From assembly GCA_013239625.1 (NCBI GenBank), contig MU054212.1:7042270-7106269 (forward strand): a stretch of 64,000 nucleotides of DNA. The letters are read 5' to 3'. Under the pieces are notes generated by a model. The model was given only the letters and a program-made list of their open reading frames with translations, did not search any database and was not told the DNA's origin. This DNA is from Lama guanicoe. Lineage: Eukaryota. This document shows positions 54,321 through 64,000 of the stretch, one piece after another (position 1 is the first letter of the stretch; every line of letters starts with the position of its first letter). The position numbers and the translations under genes were made by a program.

Positions 54321-54542
54321 CCAATCATCTTTTTCTTAATCACTCTGGAGAACTATCACAACCAGCCCCGGAACTGGCTTAGTGTGTTAGTTTGCATGAT
54401 ACTGAAACATCCGGATGGGAAGGCAGGGTAGAACTTTGTTTTTCCTATACCTGGCCTGAGCTCAGGGCCAGTGGCAGAGGTGGAGCCAACAGGAAAAGTG
54501 CTTTCCACTTCTCACAAGCGTAAGTTTCTTATCTCTGCCTGA
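54321..54542 (-). repeat. Right arm: inverted copy of 52600-52825 embedded in the L1
   Basis: Direct reverse-complement comparison. Confidence 0.95.
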
Positions 54543-55732
54543 GAAATGGATAAATTCCCAGAAATGTACAGTCTCTCAAGACTGAATCAGGAAGGAAGAG
54601 AAAATATAAACAAACTAATTACCAATAATGAGACTGAATTAGTAATTTTTTCAAAACTCCCAATAAAGAAAAATCCAGGACCAGAAGACTTCACAGGTGA
54701 ATTCTACCAAACATTTAGAGAGGAGTTAATGTCTGTCTTTCTCAAACTATTCCAGAAAATTTCAGAGGAACAAATGATTCCAAACTGATGATACAATTCC
54801 AGCATCACCCTGATATCAAAACCAGACCAAAATATCACACACAAAAAAGAAAATTACAGGCCAATATCACTAATGAACATAGATACAAAAATCCTCCAAA
54901 AATATTAGTAAACCAAATTCAACAATACATTAAAAAGATCATACACCATGATCAAGTGGGATTTATCCCAGGGATGCAGAAACAGTTCGATATCAGCAAA
55001 TCAGTCAGTGTGATACACAACATAAACAGACTGAAGAATAAAAATCATATGATCATTTCAATAGATGTGGAAAAAGCTTTGACAAAATTCAACTTCCATT
55101 TATGATAATAACTCCACCAAGTGGGAATAGAGGGAACATACCACAACATAATAAAAGCCATATATGACAAGCACAAAGCTAACATCATACTTAACGATGA
55201 AAACCTGAGAAACTTTCCTCTAAAGTCAGGAACAAGACAAGGAAGCCCACTCTTGCCACTGCAAGTCCTAGCTACAACAATCAGATAAGAAGAGAAATTA
55301 AAAGGAATCCAAGTGGGAAAGGAAGTATTAAAGTATTAAAACTGTCACTGTTTGCAGGTGACATGGTATTATACATAGATAATCTTACAGATGCCACCAA
55401 AAAACTGCTGGAATTCATCGATGAATTTCTTAATTTATAGGATACAAAATTAATATACAGAAAATCTGTTGCACTTCTATACTAGCAATGAACTATCAGA
55501 AGAGAAATTAAGAAAACAATCCCATTCAGAATTGCATCAAAAAGAATAAAATACCTGGGAATAAATCTAAATAAGGAGGTAAAATACCTGGACTCGGAAA
55601 ACTGTAAGGCTCTGATGAAAAAAACTGAATAGGACACAAACAGATGGCGAGATGTATAGTGCTCATGGACTGGCAGAATTAAAACTGATAAAATGACCAC
55701 ACTATCCAATGGAATCTACAGACTCAATGCAA
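54543..55732 (+). mobile_element. L1 ORF2 fragment (Z and RT regions), disrupted and truncated at both ends
   Basis: [76 protein letters not shown]; the FADD motif is degenerate (tttgcaggtgacatg). Confidence 0.95.
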
Positions 55733-55822
55733 CAGTGAATATACTTATAACAATATATAGAGAGATTAAGGTAAGAGGGAAGCTTTGTCATACAAGAACT
55801 ATCATTGTGTGTTGCTGTAATA

Positions 55823-56180
55823 TGAGATATTAAATTAATTAATCAAAGACACCATCAGACTGCCTTCAGTGCCTTAGTAGCCTACTTAAGGAGACCAGAA
55901 CCTAAGGCTGCAATGCCTCAAAGTTAAGAAATTGAAATCTAAGGACAAGCCATCACAAACAGCCACATCAGCCTTGCCAAGTAAGACAACCACTTAGGCA
56001 ATAGCCAATCAAGTGATCTTCTTGCTTTACAGTTTACGTCTTCCCTAAGAAAGGCCCTCTCTGAGCTCCCCTCGGTGGAGTGCGCCGAGACGCTTCCAGT
56101 TTGATGCTGCCTGATTCCAGTCGATTTTTGCACAAATAAACTTTTAAAAAGTTTAATATGCCTCAGTTTATCTTTTTAAG
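55823..56180 (+). mobile_element. ERV1-type solo LTR
   Basis: CCAAT (atagccaatcaag), gctgcctgatt...gcacaaataaactttt...cctcagtttatctttttaa terminal pattern. Confidence 0.7.
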
Positions 56181-56329
56181 AGAGAGAACTGTTTGTAATC
56201 CTTTAAGTCCCTCAGAAGTGTGACTGTTGCCTTTTTAGTGGCAGCATTGGTAACTGCCACACAGTAAACAAATTATAAAAACAGAATGAGCTCCAGTAAT
56301 GCTCAAATTCAAAGCAAGTTCTCTTCAAT

Positions 56330-56560
56330 AGGCAGCAGGGGAAGAACTCAGTTTTGGAGTCAGGCAGGCCTGAGTTTGAATCTAGCTTGCCCAGAGGCTG
56401 TGTGACCTTGGCCAAGCCAGTTAACTTCTCAGAACCCCGGGTTCCTTACCTGTAAAGTGGGGTGATTATAGTATCCCCCATATAGAGTTGTAAGTAATAA
56501 ATGATTTAATACATGCAGTTTAGTGTTTCAGCAGATAGTATTTCTTAAGTGTTAGCTCTT
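56330..56560 (+). mobile_element. MIR SINE
   Basis: ttttggagtcaggcaggcctgagtttgaatc...gctgtgtgaccttggccaagccagttaacttctc. Confidence 0.9.
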
Positions 56561-57101
56561 ATACTTTGTTGTGATTTTTCTGTTTACTTCCTACTCCTAT
56601 TCCCCACCTTCCTTTCAGATGGAGTTACTAATACCTTGTGTACGGCTCTCCTCTCCTTTCTGTTGTCACCATAAACCCTGATCTCCCACTTCCATCAGTG
56701 ACACTAGTGCAGCCCTGAGTGGAAGACTCATTCCGATCTGGGCCTGCCACGAAGTAGGTGGACTGAGAGCCCAGACAGTCAGCACATTCCCAGCAGACCA
56801 CTACCAACCAGCCCACTGCTGACACAGCTGATGAACCTGGTCCTGCAGCCAAAACCCGTCACTTAGAGATGCCCCTTTCTTCATTTAGGGAAGAGACAGT
56901 TCGTGGCACTTTGCCTTTAAAATCCCACTTCATTCTCCTGACTTGAATTTCATGCCAGTGCCTACCTAGACTCTGCCCTGGATTGAATTCCTTGCTGGGC
57001 AGGAAAATTTTTCTCTCAGTGCTCAACGTTTAGTCTCTAATAGTTAACAGTATGTGCAATAGTAATAGATTCTCAATGTATTTATTTTTCTCCTTGAAAG
57101 C

Positions 57102-57578
57102 TGTATGAGATTGGTATTTCTACTATAACAGATTTCCACAAACTTGGTGGTTTAAAACAACCCCAATTTATATGCTTGTAGCTCTGGAGGTCAGAAGTCT
57201 GAAATTAGTTTCACCGGTCAGGGTGTTGGCAGGGCTGGTTCCTTCATGAGGCTCTGAGGGGAGAATCTGTTTCCTTGCCTTTTTCAGCCTCCAGTGACTG
57301 CCTGTATTCTTCCTCTTGTGGCCTCTTCCTCCATCTTCAAAGTGCATCTCTCTGCTGCCATCATCACATTGTTTTCTCCTCTAACTGTCACTCTGGTGTG
57401 CCTCTTATAAGGACCCTTATGGTTACGCTGGGCCTGACTGGTTAATCCAGGATTCTCTGTCCATCTCAAGAATCCTTATTCATGCACATCTGTAATGCCT
57501 CTTTTGCTATGTAAGGTAATACTCACAGGTTCCAGGGATTATGGATGTATTTAGGTGGTCATTATTCAGACTACCGCA
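57102..57578 (-). mobile_element. MaLR solo LTR (MLT1B/C-like)
   Basis: ccacaaacttggtggtttaaaacaac...ctctggaggtcagaagtctgaaa...aggtaatactcacaggttccagggatta; TSD aaagc/aaagt with one mismatch. Confidence 0.9.
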
Positions 57579-60500
57579 AAAGTGCTTCACCTAAGAGGAT
57601 AAAATAAAAAAAAAGGAAGAGAGGGAGAGATCTGGGGAGGGAGAGAAGAGAGAGAGAGAGAAAGGGAACAATAAGGGAGGTTTTGCACTATAGGATAACA
57701 TCAAATCATACACAGCTCTTCTTTGATGTAACATAGAAGCAACCCATCATCCTAACCAGGTGGCTTTTATGTTTTAAAAAAAAGAGATATGATTTGCTGA
57801 TTTAAAAGAAGGAAAGGGGGGAGAGTAATACAGGTACCACAAGAGTCGTCCAATCTGAGACATACCATAATCAAGAAGAGTGTGAATTACTTGGGGAAGA
57901 GTTTTGAAAGAACTCCACTGCAGAGATTCAGAATGAAGGGGAAAATAACAAATCCCTGTTTTGTTGTAACTCAAGTGAAACCCTGAGTAGCAACAGCCCT
58001 TCAAGTAATCCTTTTCCTATCCATTCCTGCTGCTCACAAGCATCCATCTGAAATAAGCCCGATTGACCCTGTTGAGAGAGTTTAGTGGAGGAGAGTGCCA
58101 CCATCTGCTTGATTTCAGCAATAGCAAATCCAGCGGGATGCTACAGGGGAGGATCCTGTTATGGTCTATTCCAGCTACATCAATGCGCAGTTGTTTGATA
58201 ACAGCCAATTTTAAGAGATATAAAAGACTATAAAAGCAGTGGGTAGATTCACATTCTGGGGATAATTTCCTTATAAAAGATTCATTCCTTCTTATATGGT
58301 CAGGCAGGGAAAAACTTAAAGTTCAACAGAAGTAATTGCAGCATATTAATTTACTCATTGTAAATCCTGGCTGGAATTTTTGTTGTTGTTGTTAAACTTG
58401 TGTTTTTAATCAAGAAACAGTGTTAATTATTCATAATAAATAGGCATCTGATTTGAGCTATCTTGTCATGTCATTAAATTAATCATGAATATGTATTTGT
58501 GAAACATATTTTCATCATATCTCATGACTTACAGATGCTTCTGCAAATGTCTGTAATGCAGTCTTTCATTAACATTGCTGAGCTAAATGCATTTTCAAGA
58601 AAGGAGTCTTTAAAATAACATAAGATGTAAGCAAAATAACTAAACTGAATTTTAACATGGAAATTTGTTTAATAAGGATTATGAGAAAAATATTCATGAA
58701 GCACAAAATGAGAAGACCATTATTCAAATAAAACAGAAAGAGCTTCTATTTTTGTATGCAGACAATTGCCAAGAAGGGAAAAATAAAACATTTGAAAATG
58801 GAAATAAAACTGCTTCAGGTTTTTCCTCTTAGGATAAGCAATAGTATAACTTTTAGAAAGTTGGGAGAGTTATTCACATTGATTTCAAGTGATAGTCACA
58901 TTTGTTAATAGACTGAAAGTGGGGATTGGATATCTAGAATTGCTACACACGCACATACATACATACAAGGCTGCAAATTTGGGGTAGTACTATTTGAAAA
59001 ATGGACAAGAATGAATAAGTAGGCTGTAGACTAAACTGACTCACTCTACTTTAAAGCATTTGGTTTAGATAACATGTCATTCATGTAAATCAGTTTATTT
59101 CCAAGAGCCAAAAAGAAGGGGAGGGGACAGAATAGAGATAACATGCGAAGTATTTTACTAATTAAAATCCAAAAGTGTATGAGTTATACACCTTTGGTTT
59201 CTTTATTCCTCAGTCAAGTATTTATGAAGAACCCATTCTATGAATAATTACTAGATGAGATATTTCATTAGGTCCTGCTCAGTGTAATCATACAGTGTAC
59301 CGTGGGGAAACCATCTCCTCTGGATTGTCTTTAGACAAAACTATAAAACACATTAAACTGAAACGCTACGAATACTATCACTACCCAGAGATCCAAATCC
59401 TGGGGTTTCTTCAACCCTTCCCATGCTCAGATCAGGCCACAGTCTCAGGAACTTTCCCGAAGGTCTTTCCCAAATGCAGCATTTGTAAATTTGTCCTGTT
59501 TTCTCGGGGGGCTTCCTACGTCATCGATTAGTTAACTGGGAAGATTAATTCCAGCTGTGAGCTGGTAAAGACAGATAATACCAGGCTTATTAAATTGCAG
59601 TCTGGGCTGGGAGAGGAGCCAAAGCCATAGGACAGATATAGAACTTTAGCATTTTAAGCACTTTCAAAATACTTTTATATACATAATCTCAATTTTTGCC
59701 CTGGAAAAATCTTGTTAAAGACTATGATATATCTCCTTCTTGAAAATCTGAATTCAAATAGTATTACCTTAAATATAATACATTGATATTTGTCTTTGAA
59801 ATACTTATATGTTGCAAGCTGAGAAAAAAATTGTTTCAAAAAATTATAGAATTATTATTTAGTATAAATTTCTTGTTATTTTCTTTAAAAATAAGAGGTA
59901 ATGTGATAAAGTGCCTAGGAACTATAAGGAAAACTTCTGTTTCTTCTCAGAGAATATCAGGAATAACTGATGAATTTTCTCCTATATTAAGCCATCAGTA
60001 GAGTGGTTAATCAAAATTCCAGTCAGAATAACAAAAACAAAACATACTAAAAAAGAATGTTCAATGAAGATTGATAGATAATTGTAAAGTAGAATAATTT
60101 CTATTTCATAAATATATTTGGCAGAAGTATTGTGCTCCAAGAGTACAGAGATTTTATAGTTTTGCAAGAAAAAATAGACAACTAAATTTTCCCCACATTC
60201 CACTGAGAAAAGACCTTAGACCCAAATTTGGACAATTTGGGGCCGTCTTAATAGTCCATTCAATCACAGCATGCTTCATTAAGTAGATTGTGCCACGTTA
60301 AGATGGACTTAGAAGCTAAATCAACTGAAAAACAGCTGATTTGTTGGTATGGCCAGGCACAGCCTTAGAAAGTATAATAATTGTTCCAGATTTTTATAGG
60401 ACTATTTCATTTAATAGAATTTCGCTAATCTAAATAGATGAAAATTTTACTGAATCTCAGATTTTTTCATTATCTATGAGGAAAGGACAGGCTAAGCAAA

Positions 60501-61574
60501 TTCACAGGTGAGGAAGATCCTTGGAATGTTCAATTTGCAACCGTTTTCAAATGCTGTAGTAGTAACCATTTGTACTACTGAAGCAATTAATGTGCTAATT
60601 ACAGATGGTTGTGTCTTTATTCCATAGAGTCAGCAAGGCCTGTTTGGCAGGGCTTTTCACTTAGTTTAAAGAACAGAATGTACTTAGAAATAAGCTTGAG
60701 TTTTTTAGCAAACAAGAAAAATAACCAATTTCATATGGCTGATTAGTCCCCAGATTTGGGTATCTCACTCATTAAATTCACCCTGTGAAACATAACAGCT
60801 CCTAGCAAAAAGCTCTGTTGCAATATAATTAATTTATAAAACAGGTGGAACTCCTACTTCTTCCGTTCCTCAGTCTCAGTGGTTAAAAAGAAGCTCACAT
60901 GATCTGTAATTCAAATATCATGCCAATTCCCTAAGTGCTTAAATTTTACCAAGCTTTACTATATGAGAGGGAAATTGGTCTATGGAATGTTTGAAAATGA
61001 TTAATTATTGATCTTTAACACACTCCCGAGTTAAACACACTCCCAAGCAGCATAGAAGAAAGAAGAATCCAGGAGGGACAGTTTGTTGTTGTTGTTGTTG
61101 TTTTAACACTGACTGCCATTTCCCTGTTTACTGCCTTTGGCAGTCTACATGGTTTTCTTCCAGTATATGAGATTTTATTCTGAAAGTCATATTTACAATG
61201 CCAACTTCTGTAGAACCCAGGTGCTTAGCAGCAATGCATTTAGATGAGCAACTAATATTACTGTGATTGTGGTTTAACTGTCAAGTGTTTTCCTTCTAAC
61301 ATAATAGTTCTCTACTTTAGTATCTACTCTCCTTTATATTTGCCCAGATTTATTAAAGGTAATGAAAGAAAATATTTAGAGAACTCATGGTAGCCAAGAA
61401 TAAAGGCATGAAGGGAGGAGGGGTGGAAGAAGAGAAAAAAGGAGGGTGAGAGGGAAGGAGGGGAGGGTTAAAAAAAGACAGAAAGATGCAAATAGAGAAA
61501 ATAGAGTATTGTTAATATTGTAGTGGGCTCCTGAGAGGCACCTGCAGATGATCTAAATATGAAAACCAACGTTA

Positions 61575-61770
61575 CAAGGAGGGAAGAGGTTCATGATTGG
61601 AAGGAAACTCAAGAGGGCTTCTGGGGTGCTGATAAATATTATTTTTTGATCTGCTTACTGGTTACGTAGGTAGGTTCAATTTGTAACAATTCATCAAACT
61701 GTACACATATGATATGTGCACTTCTGAGTGTATACATCATATTTCACCAAAATATTTTAAAATAAAACAT
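61575..61770 (+). mobile_element. L1ME-like 3' end
   Basis: gagggcttctggggtgctgataa...ttgatctg..tactggttac...attcatcaaactgtacac. Confidence 0.8.
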
Positions 61771-62388
61771 GTGCTACAGGGGAACATGTATTATCTTTCA
61801 TCTGTTTTAAGTTTACCTGGATGAAGTGACCTTGAAAGTGACTTAAGTCCATCAGTCAACTTCATAGTTAAATAAGATCTTTTCTTATCGAAGGAAACTG
61901 CTAAGCTTAGGTTTCAATTATGGTTGTAGCTCTTTAATAACTTAGTGGTCTCTGACAAGTGCCCTTCCGTCTCCCAAGTCTCAGTTTTCTATTTTGAAAA
62001 ATGTTATAGGATCATTCAGTGAGATGTTAATTCCAACCTTGTTTTTCCTAAGGTAGGATGGACAGCCAGTCTTCTGTTTTCTGGGCTTCCTAACCACTTT
62101 CTTTGGGTTTCAAGATCCATCCTTAAGAAAACCTCCAGAACCAGTCCTTGTTTGAAAGAACCAAACTGATCATTGTTCGAAAGGAACCTGCAATTTCATC
62201 AGAGTTGGGAGGAAGGAAGGAAACTGGTGCATGTGGAGGAAGGAAGAGATAGTTGGCACTGTGCATCTGAATCGAGTGGAGGCCTAGGAGGTTCTGTGAT
62301 CAGTTGAGTTCTGGTCACACTCCTTAGTTCTCAGTAAACAGCAAAATTCCCATGGGTCTGTCTGCAGTATCACTGGTAACTCCGAGAG

Positions 62389-62603
62389 CAGTTTCCCAAC
62401 TCTGGCCCCATTGATACATTGGGCTGGATAATTCTTTGTTGTCAGGTGTCCTGTGCCTTGCAGGATGTTTAGCAGCATCCCTGGTGTCTACCCACTAGAT
62501 GCCATTAGCACCTCCTCTCCAAGTTGTGACAACCAAAAATGTCACCTATCATTGCCAAATGTCTCCTGAAGGGCCAAATCCCCCTCACCGCCATTGAGAA
62601 CTA
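62389..62603. mobile_element. MER20 hAT-Charlie element
   Basis: gggctggataattctttgttgt...gcaggatgtttagcagcatccctgg..tctacccactagatgcca...gtgacaaccaaaaatgtc. Confidence 0.92.
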
Positions 62604-64000
62604 GAGGATTACAGCAGAGTGTTAGAGGCTGAATTTGGAATGGAAAGAATGGAGAGAATAAATGTCAGGAGCTACAAAGCCACCTGCCTTTAAAAGGGCC
62701 TCTGAGATTGAATAACAGGCGCATAAAATGATGCACAAACAGGCTGAGTCAAGTCCAGCTTCTCCAGACTGTGTAAGCCTAAAGCTCATATCAGCTCCAA
62801 GGGTTGTGGGTGGAGGACTAGTCAGATGATTTTTCATAAACCCTGGCAGGTGGGGATTAAGCTAGATTTGATTTGATTTAGAAAACTAAAGAAATGTAAC
62901 AGTTATTTTATGTAAGAGACATAGTGCCAATTTGTACCTGTTATGTATTTAAAAAAGAAACTTAGCAATGTTCCCAGCATACTGCAAACAGCCAACAAAA
63001 TTAAATGTGTTATTATCATCCCTACTTTATAGATGATGAAAATGAATGACAAAGAAAGTAAACAACCTTTCAAAGAAACAGAACTAATAAAATGGATCCT
63101 AAAATGAGTTAGTCCTTGTGGCCTTACTCTTTGTACACTGTTGCCCATGTTATGGTTAATTTTGTCAGATTGCCTAGAAAGTACTATTTTATCTCCTCTC
63201 AGTCCAACTTAGAAAATGCAGGCATCCATTATGATCCTAATACCCATTTTAATGATTTCAGGATATCTGAAAAATATATAACCCAATTTAATTTTTTTGA
63301 ACAGTCAGGACACCTATAAAACCATGTAAGAACCTCCCAGAATGAAGGTGCTTAAGTATCAAAATGATGGTTATAGACTATAGGCACTAAAATTCTGAAA
63401 AACTCAAAACGGACTGGGGTAGATGAGGAAGGCATCGTGGGATTTGAGCTAGAAATTTAATAGGTAGAACAAGTAGAAAATTGGGGGAAAGGCTTGGAGG
63501 CCAGGAAAACAACATATGTATTTTTGCTGCAGAAAAGTGCCACAGTCTGGCACCGATTGTTAATCTCCAGCCTTTGCTCTCTTTACAGCCCCCACGGCCT
63601 TTCCCTCTGCACACGGTCAAGCGTGCAATCACACTGTCCTCCAAACATGTCAGACCCTCTGAGTCTCACGTTTTGGTATGGCTGCTCCCCTGCCCTGAGA
63701 TCACTCTGCTGAGTCTGGCCCACCTCACTTACAATCCCTCTTTTCCCTTCAATTTCAAAACTCAAATTCACCTCCTCATGTTTCCTAAGAGAAAACCAGC
63801 CACTTCCTCCTCTCTGTTCCCAACTCTGTCCTAGCACTTACTACAGTGGTATTTGATTTATGCCTATAGTGCCCCCAACCGTGGGTCAAATGCAAATCTC
63901 TGATACGTATACCTGTAGTAATTGAGCATGATCCAAAGTTTTGTTCTACCCTTTAATTAAACCCCATAAAAATCCACTTGACCCTTTAAACTCATTTTTA

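Noticed and set aside
54546..55105. RT-like ORFs as an active retroelement or novel RT system
   Set aside because: Ordinary frameshifted L1 ORF2 with a degenerate catalytic motif.
56618..56870. Good acceptor (cctttcag|ATG) followed by GC-richer sequence
   Set aside because: Frames close quickly, no clear donor, nothing recognisable.
5455..61055. Short tandem duplications (~5458, 7446, 11742, 13688, 55323, 61016)
   Set aside because: Routine slippage products of two copies each; no array or CRISPR-like organisation.

Overview
AT-rich, repeat-dense mammalian genomic DNA, most likely Laurasiatherian: old L1M, L2, MIR, MaLR and MER elements are present, and I recognise no Alu, B1, Bov-tA, SINEC, PRE1 or ERE SINE. 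No intact protein-coding gene could be identified, and nearly all track ORFs are spurious or repeat-derived. Best-supported features: (1) a degenerate processed EEF2 pseudogene on the minus strand (~3784-5183), inserted into the 3' end of an old L1 with no poly(A) tail or TSD, missing the diphthamide loop but still very CpG-rich; (2) a CpG-island promoter at ~28.8-29.4 kb, with a probable minus-strand first exon and several candidate downstream exons of an unidentified gene or lncRNA; (3) a rearranged L1 at ~52.85-55.73 kb in which ORF1 and the endonuclease region are replaced by a ~222 bp inverted copy of the element's own upstream flank. Repeat family names come from recalled consensus sequences, not database searches. 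I found no evidence of a wholly new biological system; the interesting signals concern genome evolution and possible regulation.
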